The notes under the pieces were generated by a model. The model had not been told where the DNA came from. It saw only the letters and a list, made by a program, of their open reading frames with translations, and did not search any database. A stretch of 33,000 nt of DNA, from the NCBI GenBank assembly GCA_977030845.1, contig OZ365112.1, positions 21,607,001 through 21,640,000 of the forward strand, given 5' to 3'. Both the position numbers and the translations under genes were made by a program. This document shows positions 1-11,778 of this stretch, piece after piece; the stretch's first letter is position 1; every line of letters begins with the position of its first letter. The DNA comes from Fimbriosthenelais zetlandica. Lineage: Eukaryota.

Positions 1-59
1 CGTTCAAAGTGACATCTGAGCCTCTCTGTCTAAATAACTGAGAAATAGGATGAACTTAA

Positions 60-150
60 TACGGCTAAGGCTTCCACAGCTTTATATGGCCAACATCATC
101 ATATAAAGCATGGCAAATTGCATGCAATATAAAGGGGACTGTACCTAATC
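60..150 (-). mobile_element. Ty3/Gypsy integrase zinc-binding region fragment, degenerate
   Basis: Minus frame LGTVPFILHAICHALYDDVGHIK (80-148) resembles the L.VP...I...LHD..GH integrase consensus. Short match only. Confidence 0.4.
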
Positions 151-1649
151 GCCCCCCTCAGCTGGGTATGGTAATGGTTCTGCTGACATGACAGGCCTGT
201 ACTCCCTAGTACATACCCTCCCATCATCATTAAACCTATATCTAATTGCAACTGATTTCTCTAATGGCATTCTAATGAAATGTTAAAAAAACATATCTGC
301 CTAAATTGTATTTGTTCAAACCAGATCCAAGTTCTTCAGATGTAGTATCTGACACACAGTGAATCGCTTCTTTGTGATCGCCTCATTTACGGACAATATA
401 ATACATGTCATTTACTGAACCATACTCCACCTTGATGTCTCAGCAATGTTGATGCCAGTTACAGAACATTTTGTCTTATCTATTACTACAATATTGTCAT
501 AAACCTTGCCCTCTTATGAATATTTAAGCTGTCTGGTCTTTCCTTTTGATCTTGAGCACGTTAATGCCATCGGATATATTGCTTACCATCACTTATGCTC
601 AAGAAGTTCATTAATGTTCCAAGAGTGAACACAGTTCATGCACGGTACATTAAACACTCCCATGCAATTGGGAGCATCCAATAGAAACCAGCATAGCAAA
701 AACCTAATGGCTCACTCTTTACCAAATAGGTTCCATGAATCTCTTAGTAGGAAGATGCACCCATCAGCTATCTTTATCCTCCTTCAAAGCACTGGCACTG
801 GGGATTTGAGTGAATTGGAGTGTACAAATCTGATCAGTGCTCCAACGTTTAGTCTGCTACATTTCTAAACCAAAGCCTCAAAATGCCTGTTCTATTTCAC
901 ATCAATCCTTTCAAAGAACAAAAAGTGTCTTAGTCGAAGAATAGGCATATATGTAAATAAGGCAGTCATGCGACACTGAGAAAGGCAGTAGGGGAATAGG
1001 TACAATATTCATCGTTTTTTTTTTCTTTTTACACATGAGTCACAGAACTGAGGCATCTTCACATTTCAGCTTTAACTCATCGGCAACCCTTCATGAGGTT
1101 GTGCTTTTTTAAGCAGCATGTTTTTTAAAGTGTACGTTTGTATGACATTGTTTTAAAGTGTACAGATAAAACGTTTTATGGCTTTCCTCATTTAACATTT
1201 TGCATAATGACCTTGATAAAACCTTTTAGTATTGCGTCAGAGCTGAAAAAAAACTAAATTTAGGAAGTGAAATTTGTCCTCTGATAACTGAACTGAATGA
1301 CTCCTCTTACGGCTATCATGGGTTATGAAGCAAATGCACCATATTGTTCCACCAAATAGCTAGCATCACTTCAAAGGAAAATTGCTTCAGGGGCCTGACT
1401 TCCGGTTATCTGGACGACTTGCTATCTCTTCCTCTTGTTGATGCATAGACAGGCCACACACCTTTGACCTGAGGGAGACATCGAGTGTCTACTCATGGCC
1501 GGCCATCTTATACTCCTTCCTGTCCACCCTTTCCTCCCCTGGCCATGTTATGAGACCATTGCTTGACTTAGGCCTAGTGTGACTTGTCCGTTCTGGAATC
1601 CAGCCTCCAGGGAGCACTCGCCGGCACAAATGTACTGCCTCCCACCGGT

Positions 1650-1970
1650 CTGATTAAAGCCACTCACGCACAACAACGATTGAAAATACATCAGAGAACC
1701 CCATGGAGTACTATGATGACATGGTGGATATAGGGCCAGTCCACAGTAGGGGTCCTCACTGACGGCCAATGTAAACCTATGTAACTCAAACATGCTCACA
1801 TAGTTACTGTATAATGTACATACAAACTGTGAACTGACCCACACTAACTTTTTCTTTATACATGCTATTGAGTCTTGAACTGTGGTATGTAAACAATGGA
1901 AATATCATAAAGGGCCAGACAGTTGCCAGACAAGAACCCTTGTGTAGTATGAAGTGCTGTTCCTGGAAAA
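1650..1970 (-). mobile_element. Ty3/Gypsy RNase H fragment, degenerate
   Basis: FQEQHFILHKGSCL (1927-1968, ~FILHTDAS), FTYHSSRL (1870-1893, ~IAYASRSL), RFTL (1767-1778), PLLW (1741-1752, ~FTLxTDHxPLxW), then DVFSIVVVR. Order and spacing match Gypsy RH. Confidence 0.5.
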
Positions 1971-3644
1971 TAATACCAACATAATTAAGCATAAGCACAA
2001 AGAGTGATGATACTGTTGCTCAACATCATGTCTGTGAACGCATTTCTCTGTGAGCTGGTTTCTGGTGTGGTGCTGACATTTATTTGATGGTGTTTTCACA
2101 GATGGATTGGGGTCTGGTGGTTTACAGTAAAACCATTCACCAGGATCTTTTTTGGCTAAGACTGATGGGTTGAAGTACATTCCATGGCAACACTGAAAAG
2201 ACTTGAAGCAAGAATAATCTTCAAACCACTGCGTACCATATTTATTGAGGATGCTATAGATGATGATGATGATAATATCATCATCAATATTACCTATATG
2301 ATAATCATCTTATCATATTACCTTTCTTGACAACAACTTAAAATTGTTTTTTTTCATTCACCACATATCAATGATTAATACAATGTTTGAAATTGGATAA
2401 AACACCCTTTGACTCATATAATAACAATGCTGAGCCTTCATATACATTATGTATATTATATAATATTTTATAGTTTCTTTTCACAATTTACTTGCTGTGC
2501 AGCAATGTTGGAGATAAGACAGCCTCTATACGTACGTACACACATCAACTGACTCATAATGACAAATATACATGAAGGTGATAGATCAAAATATATAAAT
2601 ATATCATATTCAGTGAGACATATTTTTTGCAGAATCTGTCACTGGCTACGTAGAAGCCAAGAAATGTACACCAAAGGCCAGTTTAGGATGCAGGCTGTTC
2701 ACATACCGAACTAATAAATAACACCAGGTTGATCAGATTTCAGGGCAAATTAAATTTGTCAGAAATGAAATTGGTGACAGATTTGTCTTTGGATAATGTA
2801 TTTTTCTACCATTATCCCCATATCTCCAATTTAGCCCAAGAACATTGAAAATTGATACAATATGTATAAAATATGTTGAGTTCGATGGAGTTGAATGAAT
2901 GGAACTAAGTTAGAAACCTTCAGGGTGAAACACTGAGTATGGTGGTGTGCCAAATCAGAAGTGGCAAAATACAAAAGTGGCGGAGGGAATTGGAGACCAA
3001 CTCAATTACTGCGAAATGAGAGGCAACTATTATCTAACACTCAATGCATGTGTACATAGAAATGATTGGCATTAGCTGGCCCTAGTGCCGTCCATAGATT
3101 GCTCTCACTTCTGCATTCCATGTCCAGCTCTCAGGCTGGATTTGTGCTGACCTTACGTTAGTGATTTGATCACTTCTCGAACCAATCGATCACTAGCCAA
3201 ATCTCCAGGCAACTCTCATGTCTTTGCTTCCATCTATTTTTCACTAGATCTGGCTCTGAAACACTGCCATTACGGCCAGTTTTTACTGGCCTGTCCAGCA
3301 CCCATGCCTGCATTATGGTATCAGATCTGAATTGCCTTTCATCTTTCCTATCTATCTCATTTGCTATATCGTGGTGCCAACTCCAATTGAGAGAAATGAA
3401 AGGCAAAAAGTCGGAGTTGCTGAATTTGATGCTGGCAGTGATGTCAATTCACTGTCAGATAACGGGTAACGCAAGACTCTATATATATATCTACTATCAT
3501 TCTATTGAGGAGCCTTGCCCAGCAGCCACAGCAGGCTGCCAGTTCAGGTCTTTTCAGTGCAAGGCATTTTTCCATATCTCAATAGACAGACGATACGAAA
3601 AGAGATTAATATAATATATTGTGTGAACTGTCCGCTGACTTCTG

Positions 3645-4110
3645 GATGACATGAGGTATACCTCTGATTGAGACTCGATCTGTGTCTCTTCATTTTGTAT
3701 TCCTCATTTCCATGTCCCCTAAATTTGGCTAGTATGAAAGGCTCCAGCACGTATTGTGAATTTACCAAAAAGGTTTGCTCTTGGTTTACTTAACAAGACG
3801 AGTCTAGACCCTCACAGTCTCTATTTTTCCTCTCCTCTGAATAAAATGTTCTTTCCGTTGGGGAATTCCCTACATGCTTCCTTCCCTCCAGCATATCAGA
3901 CTCCTAATTATCCAGCCTGGTCATTAGAAGGCATGGAAGAAATTAATGGTTTGCTCGGAAAGCACTTCTGCGATCGGCTCGAGGGGCAGGAAAGGTAAGG
4001 GGTGAAGGCAAGAGGCATGAAAGTTGGGCAGCATGATCTATGATCCGTTTTCTCCATCTAGAGAGTGCCAGCCATGGGCTGAATGAAGGAGATATTCCCA
4101 CGCCCTGCTG
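3645..4110 (-). pseudogene. Methyltransferase (K-D-K-E) region of the L-like EVE
   Basis: AGRGNIS (GxGxG-like), SDMLE (catalytic D-like), LFGKF (K) and SQSEVYLM (E; compare VSV TSEVYMV). K and E share one frame 33 codons apart, versus 38 in VSV. Confidence 0.55.
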
Positions 4111-5809
4111 TGCGTGCGCATGCACAAGCGTGCCTACAAGCCACGTGCATGATTCACCTTGAAGCTCAGCGCTTCCCAGCTAAAGGTGAAAGTGCTTAGG
4201 ATGTTTTTACCTCTCTTCAAATAACGCATTTATCCTGTGGAGGTTTCCACAGTAAACATATGTATTTCTAATTAGGCGCATGCTTAGACATGTGGGAGCT
4301 CGCCAGGAGGTTGGCCCACGGGAGGCTTGCTTTGTGTACATTCACATTACCCTGTGATTATTCATATTTCATAAGAAGTGATATTGTTTGACAGTGCCAG
4401 TGCTGAGATGAAAGGACAGGTTTATATCAGATTCCTAACACGTACATTAAGCATCTTTTCTGCCTTGTCACAGCCATAGCATGAGCAATTATTGGAGGAA
4501 TGACAGAGAAAAACATTAACTGATCTGCGGGAATCACGTCATCTAGGGTGTATTTGGTTGCAAGCTGCACTAATGTTTGCTTCTATAGAGGAAGGTAGTC
4601 AGGTTTCTACTAAGCGGCCACTTCAATAACTTGCTTTGAAAAGACTTTTAATATTAGATATAAGACATAGATTGGTCTGAACTTATAGATGAAAGGAATA
4701 TCAAAGTGTGCCACAAAAATATAGCCAGACCATTGTGAAGCATGTATGATGCTGTATCATCAATCTTTATGGTCTTTGTTCTGTACAAGTCTGGCCTAGC
4801 TTGCAAAAAGTGGTGTATGGAGGCAGTCTTGTTGAGGTTGGTGGCTCATCGATCCATGTCGAAGGGATACATATGAACCCATTTCCAAGACCAATCCATC
4901 AGCTACTACAGACACACTGTGGGGCATAACAAGAAGAGCTCTAGTCATTCTTTTCTTCACACAAAGTGTGAAAAGTCGAGAAATGCAAATTCAAGATCAA
5001 ATCATTGGAATCTGGTTCACAAACGGAGGCCTGTCCGTTGGAGTGGCCGGTTTAAATATCTTCGTACTCTAGACCTTGGGAAATTGGACATTCCCACAAC
5101 TCGAGTTTCATCGACTGGTTCTTCCAGATATGTCCAAATAGTTGAGGATGAATGGGTACAAATGACAAAGGAACCATGTGATAAGCCCTTTATCACTGAC
5201 TGACAACCTGTCAGTCAAAAATGGCTGAAATCCAGCCATCAGATTAAAACCTACATCCGTGAAACCCAAGGAAGAGACTAACCAACTCTTATCTCATGGA
5301 TCATACGGGGGTTGGTATCTCCTACTCTTCCCCTACTCTGTAGATACGCCACAACTAGGGATCCAGCCTACTTTTCCTCTCCAGGGGCCTAAATGTTATC
5401 AATTCACCTTTGGAGGGCTCCAGTAGAAAGGATGAGGCAATTGATATTCTGGTTGGTCGATGGGGTCTGGTAAGGGGGATTGCTGGGGGTAGCTTCTGGA
5501 CTTAATCCTGTAATGATGCACCCTCACCTGGCTCTATGACTAATCTGAACCAAGATATGATATTGCCCACCAGCTGCCCCCTGCCTTCATTTACATCAAA
5601 GAGGCCTATATAATTGTGCCCCAGCACAGCCCCATGCATGCTTAACCACCATCGGCTATGACAGACACGCTGCTGTCGATTTATTGTGGCTGCTGGCCAT
5701 GCTCTGAATCCTTATGAAGCAGAAATTGTTTTATTCTTTTTTGGTGGCTACTGCTCATACATTGCCCAATAACCAATTATGGACCCTAATTACTGTTATA
5801 ATTACTATT

Positions 5810-6500
5810 ATGATTAAAAAACATTTCCATGTGTTTTATGGGATAAACTCCTTCATGAAGTTAACTGCGATTTCCCTCACAGTCAGCCCTCACACTGACC
5901 ATCTGCATTTAACATTACCCTACCATAGTTTGGTGTTTCCCAATCGATCATGAGTTTCTGCATCTTACAAGGGCCCTGTAATTGAAATTAGCCAGCAACC
6001 CTGGCCCGGGGCTTGACCTTGTACCACGGCCTCTCTCTCCCCAGAGTCTGACATAAAATAACATGCATAGAGAAAAGACATACATCACTGTTGACGTCCA
6101 AGTCTGTGCTGCTGTTTGCTATGCAGCCTAAGTACACAACAGTCATGCCATTAGAGAGGGGACAGTGGTGGACCTTATCATTGGACACTCGCCCTGTGAA
6201 CAATCTATCCTCAGCTGCACCTCCTTGTAATTTCCTTTACCAAACTTCCATATTTTCTCATACCTATTTCACCTATGATGGGCACACTTAACGATCTAAG
6301 GCATCTAAAAGATGGAGGTACTCTCAGTGGTTTGAGAAGGGAAGAAATGAGTGCATTGTATGCTCCACATGTCTGCTTCCCTGTTTGATGGTTCTTCTGG
6401 AACAGAATAGGTGGGTTGTTGAAACATTGTAAGTACCTTCCGGATAATAACCCTTTTGTACATCTACTGCAAGTGGCACGCAATGTTCTGAAAGTATTAC
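5810..6500 (-). pseudogene. Capping (PRNTase) region of the L-like EVE
   Basis: RKVLTMFQ resembles rhabdoviral ISLFQNSRTI. IRSTTVPS resembles VIGTTVPHP. A GxxT-region equivalent (about 6030) and an HR-region equivalent (HGNVF, about 5820) follow at near-expected spacing, but neither motif is itself intact. Confidence 0.5.
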
Positions 6501-6839
6501 CACATGGAGGAAAAGAATTCTTCAACTGGGAGACATCTGAATTATATGCTCTATTTCACTCAGAAGAGCGCTTCAATCTAGTCGTCAAATATTTACGTGA
6601 TGAAGTTAATAGAATACAGATGGGAGAAAGCAGGCAAGTCTACAGGAAAAGTCATCCACATTCCGAGCCTTCTGATCACCCCAGACATTGATGGTAGAAT
6701 GCCCGACAAGGATGTAGCAGAATTGCTTCTAGTTCCTTTTTGTTTGACTTCTCAGGGGGGCTTTCCCTTCACAAATATTTGCTATCATATTTTTCATTCC
6801 TCCTTCCTGGTATTACATATAGAAAAATGTAGCTGTTTT

Positions 6840-7570
6840 TCAGAGGGAAAGAAGGCTGTCCTAGGCCCACTGGCAGCAGAAAGGCCCAGGGCATGTCCTT
6901 TTATGACTGGATGTCAACGGACAACCCAATAGAATGTAGATGTTCGCCCAGGGTGATGGGTCCTTATAGTAGTAGCTGACATAGTTGAAGGAAGCCTGCT
7001 CTTGTGGCAGCACAATCTCTGATGTGCCTTGGTAGACAAGGGAGGAAACAGCTGCAGTTAAGATCTATCAAACCCTGCACTTCACCCTTCATGGAGGGGT
7101 CCACCCGATCTATTTCATCAGCCAGCTCTTGTTTTGAGTGGGAGTGGGAGGACCAGAGGTCTGTTAGCTTACTCATGTTTCTATGGAGCAAGATGAAGTT
7201 AGAAAAATATCAAGGTTAGATTTCATGAGATGCTTAAGTTGTTCTCCTTGAAAAATCCTTGGTGCTTCTTGGACATGTAATGTCAGCTGTGAGAAAGAAT
7301 ATTGATCCCTGACTGAACATGTTAAAGTTCTGCAATATGATCCCATGTAAACATCTACATAACATGTAAGCCACCCAAACTTCTGTAGTAAATTGATGGA
7401 TGTAGCCAACCTCCTGCATTTCGAATTGCATATACAATGAATTTTATGTATGCAGTATAAGTGAAAACATTCTTCGACATCTAGACTAGATAATACTTTT
7501 TCACTGGGTTGGCTTTTCTGAGAAGTTCCTCGAGGAACTTTTGACAGAGAAATCCTGTAAATTTAATGAG
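6840..7570 (-). pseudogene. RdRp core (motifs A-D) of the L-like EVE
   Basis: Composite across frames reads DFS..R / NVFTYT / NAGG-LLQK-W-VAYMLCRCLHGIILQNFNMFSQG / KLTDLWSS / LLPVGLG. The W of motif B lies 22 aa before QG, versus about 24 aa in VSV L. The catalytic GDN is destroyed by an indel. Confidence 0.7.
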
Positions 7571-10500
7571 TGTTACCACTGGACTTGTCGGGGAGAAATA
7601 TTTTATCCAGGAAGCTAATCTTGGCCCTAAGGTAGTGCATGATATTGCCACTGCAGCTGGTGCTGTCAGTCGCCCTTAACGCGAACCACACTTGCTACAC
7701 CAATTGGTCTGGCAACGGTTTGGCAGACAGATGCGAGGAGGAGATCCAATATGGAGTGTTGGTAAGGACTGAAGGGTAACCAACTGGAAGTGACACCCAC
7801 AACATGAAGTGACATTAATTCAGCCGCATTTATCCGATTGACGCTTATCCAAGTTGAGGGTCGGACTGGAGGCCCAGAGGACTCTTTGACATGGCAGTCA
7901 GATTTGTAGCCAATACCTCTGTTCTTTGTCATTGATGTTTCCTTTATACTGACTCAATTCCAGTTCCACAGCAGACTCAAAGTTGGGAATGCGGCACTTA
8001 CTATTGCGTCCTTTCCAACAGATCCTTCCTCTCACAGAAGACACCTCTAACCCTTCCTCGAATAAAAGCTCTTACTCCGTAACAAATGGTGTTCTGAACT
8101 ACTGAAGGCATTGCCTCCCTTCAGAGAATTAGACGAGGCACCAGTGGCAACTCAAGAGAATCTAAACACTCCAGCTCTCAAGGTAACGTCACAATGAGGC
8201 TTTCAAATGTTTTTCGTGAGGCTCCAGATAGAAGAGTTGGTGTGAAACAACTCGGGGAAATGCTAGAGAAACGTTGGGAATCATGAGATTAATGGAGGGC
8301 ATTCACATATCGAATAAAAGACTATTATTCATCCGATACGCAGCAAGATTTCATTAGGAGAAGTCAGAAAAAGACCCGCTTCTCAATAGCACCCCTGGCA
8401 ATCGATGCTGCAACCATGGCTGGTTTCTGGCCACCAACACGTTCTCGATCATTGTCATTGCCTGGCAAAGTAATAGAAAGTGTTTAGAAACCCAGTCCAA
8501 AGTCATTAAAACAAAAAATCTGCGTCTTTCCAGCGATGTATTTTTATTATCTCCAGTTGAATGCCATCTTAACCATGATCCCAAGGTTGCTGTCTAAAGT
8601 TTTCATTGCAGATATTTCCTGCAAGGTGCACACATTCAATGATACTTTGAACTTCCAGGTGTCTGTATTATTTTCTTCTTGCATTTTGTTGACACAAGTA
8701 ACTTCTAAAGGCATTAGATAAATCAGTAAGGGATATGTACATAAAGGCCTCTCTATTTCCCCAGTTAGCTTTGTGTAGGAAGCTGGCCTCTCCTGATTAA
8801 AAGCTCTGCGGAATAAGAAAGCTCTATAGCAGCGGATCTTCCAGTGATCGATACACGGTACTAACCAGGTTTTCTTTGCTGTAGTTTTGTATATAACAAG
8901 TTTTACAGTTGAGCCGAATAATAAGGGAGCAAGCCTCACTGGATCGATCACTGAGCTGTTGCATGATATGTCCGGTATAGGCAGGTTACTATGGGGGAGG
9001 CTGGTGAGAGAGCCAGCTGAGAGTTGGTTTGTAGTTGGTATTGTTAAATCAGTTGTACAAGGTGTGTGCGCTGGAAAATATGCCATATCCGCGCTCATAT
9101 TACTTAGATTCTTTCCTCAACCTTTCCAATTTAAAGCTTAATATTACGTTCATTGTACATGTACAGGGTGATTACAGCATTGTAGATTTTGTAATACCGA
9201 GGTCGATCTCCATAAACATTTGCTTTGTAAGCACATTAGTGTTATGGTCATGATTTCTGATGTAATCATGTGTGGCCGGTATGCCGAGATCAGATACAAA
9301 TGTCAACGATTGCCTAAGCTTTTCGTAGCAGATGTGCTAACGCTCCGCTATAAGTCTCACCACTAGCCGCGGGCTATAGCGTGGAAGGTATAATCACTTA
9401 CATAAGGTTATCGATCAGCTCACACGCTCCCACAAATCTTCACATCTTGTACCAGAAATGATCTTATTTAAATGAGCTTGGACATCTAAATGGGATAATA
9501 GGGATAGTTGATTAGTTGTAAATAATTACCAGATGTTCACCGACAGGTTGAAATTACAGTATCAGTGAAAAGGGGGATAGTAAGTTAACATATATATTGG
9601 CAGGAAATCTGATCACTCTGGCTTTACCTGATATCTTAGCGAAAAATAAACCCAACCCTTTGCTGGTTTTCAGCAGACAGCCTAATGGATAATTGTAATA
9701 CCATGAAGAAAATTCATTCAACAACAAAAGCAATAATTAATATATATGTAGACCATTATAGTACATATTAAACTTAGAAACGATTATAATCACTGGATAC
9801 TTAGAGCTATATTTGTGCCCTTCAAAATTAACAATCGATCAATTTGCTTTGAAAATTATATATTCTTAACTTTAGAAAATAAGAATGTGGCATGCTAGAA
9901 CTTCTTAGAAGTAGTTCAGTTGAATGTTTCAGACTGGCCTTTTTGGCAATTACCAGCTAGAGAGCATACACATTTATTCTCCATTCATATTTTATTCAAC
10001 ACTCAAAACCTTCAGTTCTCGTAATGCCGGGATAATATAGTTCGGAGTTGGATATATCCCCGAACAAACTTGCTCTTGGGCCTACGCACTTTTACAATAT
10101 GCTCGCCACAGCATTTATTCGCCTCGGGCCAATAGTCCTCCGGCTTTCCACCTAAAGCATTCTCTCACCTCAGCTCCCAGATGACTCTTATTAAGTCATC
10201 CGGTCCATTCAATCTCGTGCTCAGATATTCGCTCATCACAGCCTCTCTGTCCTGAGTTGATCCTTTTGTTCTCAGAGAAGTACTCATTCACCTCCATGCC
10301 ACACATGTACCTCACTACCAATCAACTCCCCCTCCCTCCCTCCCATGTGAATTGTCCTAGTCATGGCAGCTTGTACTGAAGAATTACACACGAGGAGGCG
10401 GCATACACTGAGATATTACTTCACATATCTCGTGATCACTCCCCATTTTCATTGCCTCACATGCCTAGGATATGTCTTTGAGGGCAGAATATATACGCTG

Positions 10501-11778
10501 CCACATATATACATAATAATTATCATGTGATTCATAGCATAATTAGTACAATCTTAAGAATTTACATGTCGTCTAAACAATACCCAAATGTGTATCTCAT
10601 ACAATTAGTCACCATTGATCAAATCATCCACAGATTTGCTTGTGTGCGAGACGCTTTTAATATCAGGAGAAAATAAATCAAAGCTGTTGCAGAAACAATA
10701 AAACTAAAACCAAGAGAAAACAGAAATACGAATTGATACAATTTTAGCTCTAATAATAGAATAAACTGCAAGGGAGTTGTGTTATTAAGGGTTAAAAAAC
10801 TTCAGCGTCACCCTTGGCAGCAACTTAATTGGTACATATCCAAACTGCATTTTTACCGTTCAAATATCGATAGGAAGCAGATGGGCTCATAAATAGAATC
10901 CTCCTCTATATACATCATGAGGCTGAACTTTCATACTGAGAAAATTACATTCTACAATATGCTTTCATTCCAATATTTGGGAGAGCATTCTCCCAGTCTT
11001 TACTAGTTTGTGTAACTGAAATAAGAATTATTACTGCATTTGCAGACCACCCTCTAGTTCGTGCAGACGACCACCTTCTTTTATAGGTATCAGATACATT
11101 ACCTGTCAAACTACGAAGAGAGTGGTATATCCGGACTGGGCCAATGAAAGCCCTAATTCCTGTCCTTAGAAATAGATATGGCTTTTAAAGGAGCAAGTTA
11201 GTGGACCAATCGAGCGTTATTTTCTGTATTGATTACAGCATTTTGTAGCAATCCATCTTCACATATTTAGGACTCGGCCTTTTAAACAAATGGTACTTGC
11301 GGCGTAGATTATGTCAAAACAGGGAGTTCTTTTTTCCTTGATAGGTCACTTATTTTCCCTGTTCAATCATGTTTTTGCCCAAATACCAGTAATAGTCGAC
11401 GACTGCATGTACGTATCCAAATGGTGAGGCAGAAAAGCCTTAATAGGACACAGTCTCCATTGTCTAAAAGTTCCTCATTCTTTCAACGGCAAGAACAAAT
11501 CGCATCATATTGGGATTTCAGAACTCATGTCTTGTAGTAGCATTTTATCACCTGGTGATAAAAACATCACCCTGCAAGGTAATTCCCTCCTCTGTTTCAA
11601 GAAGCACTGAGTGCAAAACACAGTCAAGTCAAATAAGTAAAGTGCGATCCATCGAATCTATTTACAAACTTGGAATAATTGTATCAGTGATTATCAGACT
11701 GGATATATCCATTTTCCTGGTAATAATGCGGATGATAAAAGCAGGACAAGCAGGAAATGAACTGACAGCCCTGATGTT

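Larger units (their letters stand above)
2700..9250 (-). pseudogene. Endogenous viral element: decayed Mononegavirales-like L (RNA-dependent RNA polymerase) gene, near full length
   Basis: Ordered degenerate L motifs on the minus strand, recovered across frameshifts: SHGCSIDCQG (GHP-xID-like, 8392-8421); QDFSVKSSSR (motif A-like, 7528-7557); KNVFTYT (7454-7474); NAGG..LLQK..W (motif B, 7372-7420); FSQG followed by a frameshift (motif C QGDNQ-like, 7300-7317); SKLTDLWSS (motif D-like, 7147-7173); LLPVGLG (6859-6879); LYSIN (6605-6619); YFQNIA..RKVLTMFQ (6419-6496); IRSTTVPS (6155-6178); TLGRERPW (6024-6047); HGNVF (5817-5831); AGRGNIS (4088-4108); SDMLE (3886-3900); LFGKF (3758-3772); SQSEVYLM (3650-3673). 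Outer boundaries are approximate, inferred from composition change and typical L length. Confidence 0.7.

Noticed and set aside
7363-7386. RSLGGL on the minus strand, first read as the L-protein PxxLGG motif
   Set aside because: It overlaps the motif B position and is too far from the downstream capping-region motifs. LLPVGLG at 6859-6879 fits the spacing better.
7523-7540. Perfect 18-bp palindrome aagttcctcgaggaactt at the motif A position of the L fossil
   Set aside because: Roughly 0.1 such palindromes are expected by chance in 33 kb (33000/4^9). It may explain the damaged motif A but has no independent support.
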